This document shows, piece after piece, positions 24,813 through 32,899 of a stretch of DNA of 38,327 bases. The notes below the pieces were generated by a model that had not been told where the DNA came from, searched no databases, and was given only the letters and a program-made list of their open reading frames with translations. The stretch comes from a virus (Duplodnaviria; Caudoviricetes). The DNA lies in the IMG/VR virus record IMGVR_UViG_3300028586_000047, positions 1 to 38,327 of that record; one strand, given 5' to 3'. The stretch's first letter is position 1. Every line of letters starts with the position of its first letter. Made by a program: the position numbers and the translations under genes.

Positions 24813-26120
24813 GTGCCAACCGCATTTTCCAAGCAAGAAACCGTCTTTTTCGACGAACTGATGGCCGGCTACGATGACACCCTGACCATCGGCCGCAACG
24901 TCTCCCTGTTTAATGCCGACGCCGTCGTGCTCGAGCGCTCCCAAGGCAACGCCATCTGGCGCCCTACCCCGTATGTCAGCGTCTCGGTCGACGGCGCCGC
25001 CGGCACCGATATCTCGGGCTCGTTCAACGACGTGACCCAGCTGTCGGTTCCGATCGGCTTGGGCTTCGACAAGACCGTGCCGTTCAAGATGACCAGCAAC
25101 GATCTGAACGACCAGCAGCAGCGCGAGCGCAAGATGAAATCGGCCATGCAGCGCTTGGCCACCGACATCAACATCGCCTGCGCCAACGTGGCGTGCCTGC
25201 AGGGCACCCTGGTGGTCAAGCGCAATGCCGCCGCGTCGGGCTTCGATGACCTGGCCGCCGCCGATTCGCTGATGATCGAGCAAGGCCTGGTGGGCGACGC
25301 CGAGCGCCGCGTCTCGATCCTGCATGCCCGCGACTACAACAGCATGGCCAGCACCCTGGCCAAGCCACAGACCTCGGCCAATGCAAAGGTGAACACCGCC
25401 TACGAGAAAGCCTACGTCGGCCACGTCTCCGGCTTCGACACGTTCAAGTCGGATTACACCTATCGCCTGCCTGCCGCGGCCGGCGTGACCTGCACAGTCA
25501 ACGGCGCGAATCAGCGCTGGGTGCCGAAGGCGACTTCGAAGTCGGCCACCGGCGAAGAGCAGAACGTCGACAACCGCTATCAGCCGCTGAACATCGGCGT
25601 CACCAGCGGCACGATCAAGGTCGGCGACGCGTTCGTGATCGCTGGCGTGAGCGCGGTGCACCACATCAGCAAGGCCGACACCGGCCAGCTGAAGACCTTC
25701 CGCATCATCGGCCAGCAGACCGGCGCCGCCGGTGGCTCGGGCGTCTACCTGATCTCGCCACCGATCATCTCGGCCGACCAGGGCGGCGCGACCACGCCGG
25801 AACTGGAATACAAGAACGTGACCGCAACGCCTGCAAACGGTGCTGCAATCACCTTCCTGAACACCCAGGCCTGCAACGTGTCGCCATTCTGGGATGAGCG
25901 CGCCATCGAGCTGCTGCCAGGCCGCAATGGCGTCGACGAAGGCCTGGTCGGCGCCGGCGCTGGCTTCATGCGCTCGACCACCGAGCTGGGCATCGAAGTG
26001 ATCATGTACAAGGCCTTCAACATCAACACCAAGCAGTACTTCTACCGCGTGGATACCCGCTTCGGCGTTGGCATGACCAATCCTGAGATGGCCGGCGTGG
26101 TGCTGTTCGGTCAGACCTGA
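24813..26120 (+). CDS. Major capsid protein, P22 gp5-like
   Basis: GGAGG RBS + GTG; 435 aa; I domain GD.F.IAGV..VH.I.K..TGQL..F; C-terminal PEM.GV.L.GQ. Confidence 0.93.
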   Translation: MPTAFSKQETVFFDELMAGYDDTLTIGRNVSLFNADAVVLERSQGNAIWRPTPYVSVSVDGAAGTDISGSFNDVTQLSVPIGLGFDKTVPFKMTSNDLNDQQQRERKMKSAMQRLATDINIACANVACLQGTLVVKRNAAASGFDDLAAADSLMIEQGLVGDAERRVSILHARDYNSMASTLAKPQTSANAKVNTAYEKAYVGHVSGFDTFKSDYTYRLPAAAGVTCTVNGANQRWVPKATSKSATGEEQNVDNRYQPLNIGVTSGTIKVGDAFVIAGVSAVHHISKADTGQLKTFRIIGQQTGAAGGSGVYLISPPIISADQGGATTPELEYKNVTATPANGAAITFLNTQACNVSPFWDERAIELLPGRNGVDEGLVGAGAGFMRSTTELGIEVIMYKAFNINTKQYFYRVDTRFGVGMTNPEMAGVVLFGQT

Positions 26121-26158
26121 TCCACTGTCTCTCCTCTCCCGGTAACCCCGGGCTTCAT

Positions 26159-26185
26159 GGCCCGCCTCGTGCGGGTCATTTTTTT
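26159..26185 (+). terminator. Intrinsic terminator after the coat gene
   Basis: GGCCCGC-CTCGT-GCGGGTC followed by ATTTTTTT. Confidence 0.75.
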
Positions 26186-26199
26186 GAAAGGTCTGTTCG

Positions 26200-26517
26200 A
26201 TGAACGATTTTCCCCGCATGTTGTATCAGGCTGGCGGCGCTGAAGAAATCCACGGCGGCCGCTTCGCCACCCTGATCGTGCACGACGACGACGAGCTCGA
26301 GGCCGCGCTGGCTGATGGCTGGTCGTTGACCACGGACGAAGCGCGCGCGCCGGCGGCTGACCTGGGCGCGCTGGCGTTCAGTGGCGATGACGATACCGCG
26401 CCGACCCGCGCCGAACTTGAAGCGAAGGCCGTCGAGCTGGGTATCGAGTTCTCCCCGCGCATTGGCGACGCCAAGCTGCTCGAGCGCATCGCGGCCGCGC
26501 TGGCTGCGAAGGCCTGA
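26200..26517 (+). CDS. Virion-region protein with C-terminal HeH/LEM-like motif
   Basis: PTRAELEAKAVELGI.......AKLLERI. Confidence 0.8.
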   Translation: MNDFPRMLYQAGGAEEIHGGRFATLIVHDDDELEAALADGWSLTTDEARAPAADLGALAFSGDDDTAPTRAELEAKAVELGIEFSPRIGDAKLLERIAAALAAKA

Positions 26518-26521
26518 TGTC

Positions 26522-27028
26522 ATGTGGACGAAAAAGCAGCTGATCGAGCAGGCGTTTGACGAACTGGCCCTGGCCGGCTTCGTCTACGACCTGGATCCGG
26601 ACCAGCTCGAAAGCGCGCTGCGCCGGATGGACACCATGCTGGCGCAGTGGAGTGGCGCGGGCATCGCCCTCGGCTACCTGCTGCCGGCCGGGCCCGACGA
26701 TTCGAACATCGACGACGCTTCCGGCATTCCTGATGCGGCCATCGAGGCGGTGTACATGAACCTGGCCGTCAGGATTGCCGCCAGCCGCGGCAAGACGCTC
26801 ACCGCCGAAACCAAACTGGCGGCCAAGCGTGCGTACGACCGCCTGCTGGGCAATGTGGCGCGCGCCGCCGCGCGTGCAGTACCGATGCCAAACACCATGC
26901 CGCGCGGCGCCGGCAACAAGCCTTGGCGCCATGGCGTGCCCTTCTTCTTCGGCCCGGGCTGTGCCCCGGCCGAACCCACCACCGCGCCCGGCACCGCCGA
27001 GCCTTCTCCCGACGACGAGCAACCATGA
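26522..27028 (+). CDS. Head-tail adaptor, P22 gp4-like
   Basis: TK.QLI..AF.EL, AL.R.D.M.A.W...GI.LGY, NLAVRIA, MPRGAGNK. Confidence 0.9.
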   Translation: MWTKKQLIEQAFDELALAGFVYDLDPDQLESALRRMDTMLAQWSGAGIALGYLLPAGPDDSNIDDASGIPDAAIEAVYMNLAVRIAASRGKTLTAETKLAAKRAYDRLLGNVARAAARAVPMPNTMPRGAGNKPWRHGVPFFFGPGCAPAEPTTAPGTAEPSPDDEQP

Positions 27029-27324
27029 TCAAGCAACCATTCTTCCCCCATTACGGCAGCAATCAGGCGCTGGCGGCCGCCGCAGCTTCGAGCAGCGCCT
27101 CGATCAGCCACCAGGCCAAGCAGTTGCGCGTGCTGAACACTGGCGCGAACATCGCCTATTTCCGCACCTACGACAACAGCGGCGGCGTGCAGGCTGCGAC
27201 CGTGGCCGATTACCCGGTTCCAGCCGGCATGGGCGCCATCGTCAGCAAGCAGGGGCACAACGCCATCTCGGTAATCTCGACCGCCGGCACCACGCTGCAG
27301 GTCATGAGCGGCGAAGGCGAGTAA
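27025..27324 (+). CDS. Putative structural protein, 99 aa
   Basis: ATGA-coupled; beta-rich; ends GEG. Confidence 0.8.
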   Translation: MIKQPFFPHYGSNQALAAAAASSSASISHQAKQLRVLNTGANIAYFRTYDNSGGVQAATVADYPVPAGMGAIVSKQGHNAISVISTAGTTLQVMSGEGE

Positions 27325-27326
27325 TC

Positions 27327-27800
27327 ATGGACTTCGGTTTCGGCGGCGCACCATCGATGGCGCAACTGGCCGCGATCCTGGGCAATGACGCGCCGCCGCC
27401 CGAGGCAGTCGCCGCGAAGCCAGGCGCTGCGGTGCTGGCCGCGCGCGAGGATCATCAGCACCCGCGCCTGACGAGCGCAACGGTGCAGGCCCTGGACGGC
27501 GCCGGCCTGGCCACCGTCCCATTCACACGCACCTTCGCAACACTGCCGGCGGTGACGTGCCTGCTGTACGAGGCCACCGCCGCGCAGCCGGTCGTGTTCA
27601 AGGTGCGTTCGTGGATCCAGGATGCCAATGGCAACTACACCGGCTGCGTAGTGCAGGGCGTGCGCGCGTCGCTCCTGCCGGCGCTGTCTGGAATCGGCCT
27701 GCTCACCGGCTTGATCACCGCACTGTCAAACCTGAACGTGTTCGGTGGCAGCGCCGCCGGCGCGCAGTTCTGCTGCATCGCCCTTCAACCATCGGCCTGA
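27327..27800 (+). CDS. Putative structural protein, 157 aa
   Basis: AAREDHQHP and F.RTF...PAV motifs resemble tail-fibre segments; tightly packed. Confidence 0.7.
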   Translation: MDFGFGGAPSMAQLAAILGNDAPPPEAVAAKPGAAVLAAREDHQHPRLTSATVQALDGAGLATVPFTRTFATLPAVTCLLYEATAAQPVVFKVRSWIQDANGNYTGCVVQGVRASLLPALSGIGLLTGLITALSNLNVFGGSAAGAQFCCIALQPSA

Positions 27801-27801
27801 T

Positions 27802-29205
27802 ATGCAAATCCCAATTCTGAGCGGCACCTTGACCGACGAGAGCCCGGACTTTCGAACCAAGTACCCGCGCAACATGATTCCGGTACCGAAGGCGCAGGGC
27901 ATCAGCAATGGTTACCTGCGCCCGGCGGACGGTATCAGGCAGATTGGCACCGGGCCCGGCGTCGACCGCGGCGCCGCCACCTGGAACGGCGTCTGCTACC
28001 GCGTCATGGGCAGCAGCCTGGTACGCGTGGAGGCCGACGGCAGCGTGACCACGCTGGGCGCCATCGGCGGCGCCGGCCAATGCAGCTTCGACTATTCCTT
28101 CGACCGCCTGGCGATTGCCGGAGGCGGCGCGCTGTACTACTGGGATGGCGCCACACTCAAGCAGGTAACCGATTCCGACCTGGGCACCGTGCTCGACGTG
28201 CTGTGGATCGACGGTTACTTCATGACCACGGACGGTACCTCCCTGGTGGTCACCGACCTGCGCGACCCGTTCTCGGTCAACCCGCTGCGCTACGGCAGCA
28301 GTGAGGCCGATCCCGACTCGATCAAGTCCATGTTCAAGGCGCGCGCCGGTGAGGTCTACGCGGTCAATCGATACACGGTCGAGCTGATGAATAACGCCGG
28401 CGGCAACGGCTTTCCGTTCGCGCGCTACGAGGGCGCGCAAATCAACCGCGGCGCCATCGGCACGCACAGCGCTACCCTATACGCCGGCCAGATCGCCTTC
28501 CTGGGCGGTGGTCGCGACGAGCCGCCAGCAGTGTGGTCCGGCATTAATGGCGCGACACAGAAGCTCTCCACCGGCGAGATCGACACGCTGCTACTCGATT
28601 ACACCGGGGCGCAGCTGGCCGACGCTGTGCTCGAGGCGCGCACCGTGAAGAATCACGCCCTGCTCTACCTGCACCTGCCCGACCAGACGCTGGTCTACGA
28701 CGGCGCCGCGTCGGCCGCTGTGCAGGAGCCCGTGTGGTTCACGGTCGATTCCGGTCTGGCCGCGCCAGCGCAGTACCGCGCACGCAACTTCGTGTGGTGC
28801 TACGACCGCTGGCTGTGTGGCGATCCGACGTCGCCGGCGCTGGGCCAACTCGACGACACCGTGTCGACGCATTACGGCCAGGTGATCGGCTGGGAGTTCG
28901 GTACCAGCATCGTCTACAACAACAGTCTGGGCGCCATCTTTCACCAGCTCGAGCTGGTCGCGCTCCCCGGCCGTGTGCCGCTGGGCGCCGATCCCGTCGT
29001 ATGGACGTCGTATTCGATCGACGGCGAGACCTGGAGTCAGGAGCGAAGTGTGCGCGCCGGGCGCCAAGGCCAGCGCGGCAAGCGCCTGGTGTGGCTGGGC
29101 CAGGGCAGCATGCAGACCTGGCGCGTGCAGCGATTCCGGGGCACGAGCGATGCCCACATCGCGTTCGCGCGCCTCGAGGCCCAGGTGGAGCCGCTCAATG
29201 TCTAA
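27802..29205 (+). CDS. Tail hub / packaged DNA stabilization protein, P22 gp10-like
   Basis: MQIPIL.G, P.NM.P.PK.....NGYLR...GI, Y.S.E.DPD; 467 aa. Confidence 0.92.
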   Translation: MQIPILSGTLTDESPDFRTKYPRNMIPVPKAQGISNGYLRPADGIRQIGTGPGVDRGAATWNGVCYRVMGSSLVRVEADGSVTTLGAIGGAGQCSFDYSFDRLAIAGGGALYYWDGATLKQVTDSDLGTVLDVLWIDGYFMTTDGTSLVVTDLRDPFSVNPLRYGSSEADPDSIKSMFKARAGEVYAVNRYTVELMNNAGGNGFPFARYEGAQINRGAIGTHSATLYAGQIAFLGGGRDEPPAVWSGINGATQKLSTGEIDTLLLDYTGAQLADAVLEARTVKNHALLYLHLPDQTLVYDGAASAAVQEPVWFTVDSGLAAPAQYRARNFVWCYDRWLCGDPTSPALGQLDDTVSTHYGQVIGWEFGTSIVYNNSLGAIFHQLELVALPGRVPLGADPVVWTSYSIDGETWSQERSVRAGRQGQRGKRLVWLGQGSMQTWRVQRFRGTSDAHIAFARLEAQVEPLNV

Positions 29206-30058
29206 GCTCACGCTCGACCGCCGCACGCTGGCCAGCCTGCTACAGAACAACCAGCAAGCCATCTTCGCATTCGAACGACTGCTGGGCGATGTCGACGGCG
29301 TGCTGCCTTCGACCATCGAAGAGGCCAATGCGCTCGCTGGTCAGGCGCTGGCCGTGGCGCAGATCGCCATGTTGTCGCTGTCCACGCTGGCTGAGGCGCT
29401 CGAGCAGCTGGAAGGCGCGCCGGCCGCGCCGCCGGTTGTCGAGCCGGAGGATACGGCGCCGCGAGCGCACCTGGGCACGGTCGCCAGCCAGAACGCTGAT
29501 GAGGTCGAAATCACTGGCGGCACCGCGGCATTCAGCGCCGGTTCGGTGACGACACCCAGCTTACGGGTTGGAACAGACGCGGGTTGGTATAGCCCTGCAG
29601 TAGGCGCCGTCGCTCTCTCCATCGCTGGCACCAAGATCGCATCGTATGCCGCGGGCCTCATCGACTACGCGATCGACACATTGGTGGCAGAGCGAAAATC
29701 TGTCCTCTTCTACAACAATCAGTACGGAATCGGCACGCCCGACTTCGCTGGGCTGCAAATATTTTGCGGTGCTGGCGACACGATCCGCTTCGGCCGGCGG
29801 TCTCCGACCGGGGTCTTCACTGAAGTCGCAGTACTGAATGCTACCGACCAATTCTTGGTCAAGCAGGTTCGACCGACCGCGGTGACAGGTACGCCGCCGC
29901 TCGTCGTGGCCAGCACAACCAAGGTAGCCAACCTCTACGTCGAGAAGGCCGACAAGCTCGGCAACCCGACCACTCTCCCGGCGGCCGCAACCGACCTGCC
30001 GACCACCATCACGCTGGTGAACGCGCTGCGCGCCGCCGGCATCGCAAAAGGACTTTGA
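29198..30058 (+). CDS. Tail needle-like protein (P22 gp26 position)
   Basis: Follows gp10; helical N-terminus, LGTVASQNAD.VEITGG motif, beta-rich C-terminus. Confidence 0.7.
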   Translation: MSKLTLDRRTLASLLQNNQQAIFAFERLLGDVDGVLPSTIEEANALAGQALAVAQIAMLSLSTLAEALEQLEGAPAAPPVVEPEDTAPRAHLGTVASQNADEVEITGGTAAFSAGSVTTPSLRVGTDAGWYSPAVGAVALSIAGTKIASYAAGLIDYAIDTLVAERKSVLFYNNQYGIGTPDFAGLQIFCGAGDTIRFGRRSPTGVFTEVAVLNATDQFLVKQVRPTAVTGTPPLVVASTTKVANLYVEKADKLGNPTTLPAAATDLPTTITLVNALRAAGIAKGL

Positions 30059-30060
30059 TC

Positions 30061-30381
30061 ATGACCACCACCGTTGCCGTACTGCTCGAGCCCGTCTTCG
30101 GCACCCCAACCGGCGCATCCTATGTCTCGGACGGCTGCATCACCGCTATCGACAAGATCACCGCAACCAACGAGGGCGCCACCGTGGCAACCGCCACTGT
30201 CCAGCTGCTGTCCCCGGACGGCACGCAGACGGTCTCATTCACGAAGTCCCTGGCGCCCGGCACAACCTGGTCCTTCCCTGATGTTGTCGGCCATACCATC
30301 AACGCCGGCGGCAAAATGAACGTGATTTCGCCAACCGCAAACGCCGTAAAGTTCCGTGCGAGTGGTAGAAAATTCACATAG
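30061..30381 (+). CDS. Putative structural protein
   Basis: IDKITATN...SLAPG.TW.FP.VVGH...RASGR. Confidence 0.78.
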   Translation: MTTTVAVLLEPVFGTPTGASYVSDGCITAIDKITATNEGATVATATVQLLSPDGTQTVSFTKSLAPGTTWSFPDVVGHTINAGGKMNVISPTANAVKFRASGRKFT

Positions 30382-30382
30382 A

Positions 30383-30433
30383 GATAGCTCGGTACTATCT
30401 TGCTTTACATTTCCGATAGGATATTTCTATAAT
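30383..30433 (+). promoter_or_regulatory. Promoter for the ejection-gene block with two GATAG-N7-CTAT sites
   Basis: TTTACA(30404)-18-TATAAT(30428); sites at 30383-30399 and 30415-30431. Confidence 0.7.
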
Positions 30434-30510
30434 GCAGTAGTTGCCGAGTCTCAAGGCAATAGCTGAGATCAGGCGCCCAGCGGCCATGAACCCCATTCCA
30501 GGGAAAACTC

Positions 30511-30966
30511 ATGCAGCTGGCCGCCAACGCCACCCAAGCCCTGCCCGCGCAGGCATCCATTCCCACTCGCGAACAGATCGAACGGCTCGAAGCGCAGATG
30601 CGCATGATGGAGCAGCTTCCGATCGAGCCCGTTCACCACTTTGCCGACAATTTGTATGCGCGCGAGATCCTGATCCGCGCCGGCACCATCCTGACCGGCA
30701 AGGTACACAGCACCGAGCACCTGAACATTGTCAGCGCCGGCCGTATCGCAGTCTGGACTGAGGACGGGATGAAGATCGTCGCCGCCCCATGCACGCTGAT
30801 TTCCAGGCCTGGCACCAAGCGCGTGGGCTTCGCGATCGAGGACACGGTCTGGACCACGATCCACGCCAATCCCGACAACCTCACCGACCTGGGCGCGCTC
30901 GAGCTGGCCCTGATCGAAAACACCCAACCAGTCATCACCAATCAGGAGTCCCCATGTCTTGGGTAG
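30511..30966 (+). CDS. Cupin-like conserved phage protein
   Basis: HHFA..LYARE..I.AGT..TGKVH.TEH.NI...G, PG.KRVG. Confidence 0.82.
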   Translation: MQLAANATQALPAQASIPTREQIERLEAQMRMMEQLPIEPVHHFADNLYAREILIRAGTILTGKVHSTEHLNIVSAGRIAVWTEDGMKIVAAPCTLISRPGTKRVGFAIEDTVWTTIHANPDNLTDLGALELALIENTQPVITNQESPCLG

Positions 30967-31586
30967 CAGCAGCCGTTGCCGGCGGCACTCTCGTGGGCGG
31001 CTACATGTCGTCCAAAAGCCAGAAATCGGCCGCCAACACTGCCGCAGAGGCACAGACCGAATCCGCGCAGCTTGGCATCCAAGAGCAGCAACGGCAGTTC
31101 GACGCCATCCAGAAGCTGTTGTCACCGTTCGTCAATGCCGGCACCGGCGCGCTGGGCGGCCAGCAGGACATTCTCGGCCTGAACGGCGCTGGCGCGCAGC
31201 AAGGTGCGATCGCCGGCATTCAGAGCTCGCCACAATTTACGGCGCTCGCCCAGCAGGGCGAAGACGCCATTCTCGCCAATGCCTCGGCAACCGGCGGCCT
31301 GCGTGGCGGAAACGTGCAGGGTGCACTCGGCCAGTTCCGACCTCAACTCCTGGCTCAACTCATCGACCAGCAGTATTCGCGCCTGGGCGGCCTGACGAGC
31401 CTTGGCCAGAACGCGGCCGCCGGCGTTGGCAATGCCGGCATGGCCACCGGCAACAACATCACGCAGCTGCTCGGCCAGCAGGGGGCGGCCCAGGCTGGCG
31501 CCGCGCTGTCGGCAGGCCAGGCGAACAGCCAGTTCATCAACAGCGCAACCAACGCGTTTGGTAGCTTCATCGGGAAGAAATTCTGA
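30954..31586 (+). CDS. DNA ejection (pilot) protein, P22 gp7-like
   Basis: AGGAG RBS; Gly/Ala/Gln-rich; ASATGGLRGGN, LGQNAAAG. Confidence 0.88.
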   Translation: MSWVAAAVAGGTLVGGYMSSKSQKSAANTAAEAQTESAQLGIQEQQRQFDAIQKLLSPFVNAGTGALGGQQDILGLNGAGAQQGAIAGIQSSPQFTALAQQGEDAILANASATGGLRGGNVQGALGQFRPQLLAQLIDQQYSRLGGLTSLGQNAAAGVGNAGMATGNNITQLLGQQGAAQAGAALSAGQANSQFINSATNAFGSFIGKKF

Positions 31587-32896
31587 TGGGTCCGATCGAC
31601 TACACCAGCCCATTTGCAAACCTGCCTACTGCAGGCGCATCCCTGATGCAGGGCGTGCAAAGCGGCGTGGCCATGGGCCAGTTGCAACTTGAGCGTCAGC
31701 AAAAGCAACTGGCCTTCGACCAGGCGCAGCAGCAGCGCACTGACCTCGCAACCTTGAGTCAGAACGCCACGCCGCAAGCAATCGCTGCTCTGATGATCAA
31801 ATACCCAGGGCTGAGCGAGCAACTCAAGCGCAGTTCGGACGTGCTGTCGTCGACGCAGCAGCAAGGGCGCCTGGACAGTGCAACGCAGGTGTATGCGGCC
31901 CTGCAGTCGAACGCGCCCGACGTGGCACAGCGCCTGCTCAAGGACCAGGCTACTGCTGCCCGCAATGGCGGGAATGAGCAAGATGCCAAAGCAGCCGAGA
32001 CGATCGCGCAGTTGGTCGCTGATCACCCGGAGTTCGCAAAGACCACCATCGGTCTGCGCCTGGCTGCGGCTGTGGGGCCCGAGAAATTCGCCGAGTCGTT
32101 CGCAAAGCTGGGTGGCGAGCAGCGCGCCCAGGAACTACAGGGCGACGTCGTTCGCAAGGGCGCGGCCGATGCAGATGCGGCGGTGGCGGATGCCACGACC
32201 AAGGGCGTGCAGGCCAAGTACGCCGAAAGCAACGCCCTGCTCGAGCAGGAAAAGAAGGGCTGGGACATCAAGGCGCTGAAGGCCGACATGGAATACAAGC
32301 GCGACTCGAACCGCATCGCGGCGATGAACGCGGCGGCCGCACGCGAAGGCAACGGCCTGAAACGCCAGGAATTGCAGCTGAAGATCCAGGACACCATCCG
32401 CGAACGCGACGACAAAATTCGCGGCAAGGTCGCGGACGTCGAAAGCGCGGCCAGCAACATGGACAACATGCTCAATACCATCGAGCGGATCCGCAACAAC
32501 CCGTCGCTCGGCTCGGTGCTTGGCTCGCTGGAAGGCAAATCCCTCTACCCCAACGCCACCCTCGGTTCGCTGAATCCATTCGGCGATGGCGACGAGCGCG
32601 CCGACGCGATCGCCCTGATCGAGACGCTCGGCTCCCAGGCATTCTTGTCGCAGATCCCGAACATCAAGGGCATGGGCGCGCTGTCGAACGCCGAGGGCGA
32701 GAAGCTGCAGGCCGCGTTCCAGAACCTGTCGCGCGCGCAGTCGGAAAAGCAGTTCGACGCCACGCTCAAGGAAGCGACGCGCCTGCTCGAGAAGGGTCGC
32801 AGCACCGTGAGCAAGCGGTATGGCGTTCCGCTTGGCGCGCCAGACACCCCGGCCAAGGCAGGCACGCGCCCGCCGCTTTCCAGTTTCGGAGGCTGA
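31586..32896 (+). CDS. DNA ejection protein, P22 gp20 position
   Basis: Helical Ala/Gln-rich; KGMGALSNAEG.KL motif. Confidence 0.82.
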   Translation: MGPIDYTSPFANLPTAGASLMQGVQSGVAMGQLQLERQQKQLAFDQAQQQRTDLATLSQNATPQAIAALMIKYPGLSEQLKRSSDVLSSTQQQGRLDSATQVYAALQSNAPDVAQRLLKDQATAARNGGNEQDAKAAETIAQLVADHPEFAKTTIGLRLAAAVGPEKFAESFAKLGGEQRAQELQGDVVRKGAADADAAVADATTKGVQAKYAESNALLEQEKKGWDIKALKADMEYKRDSNRIAAMNAAAAREGNGLKRQELQLKIQDTIRERDDKIRGKVADVESAASNMDNMLNTIERIRNNPSLGSVLGSLEGKSLYPNATLGSLNPFGDGDERADAIALIETLGSQAFLSQIPNIKGMGALSNAEGEKLQAAFQNLSRAQSEKQFDATLKEATRLLEKGRSTVSKRYGVPLGAPDTPAKAGTRPPLSSFGG

Positions 32897-32899
32897 TCG

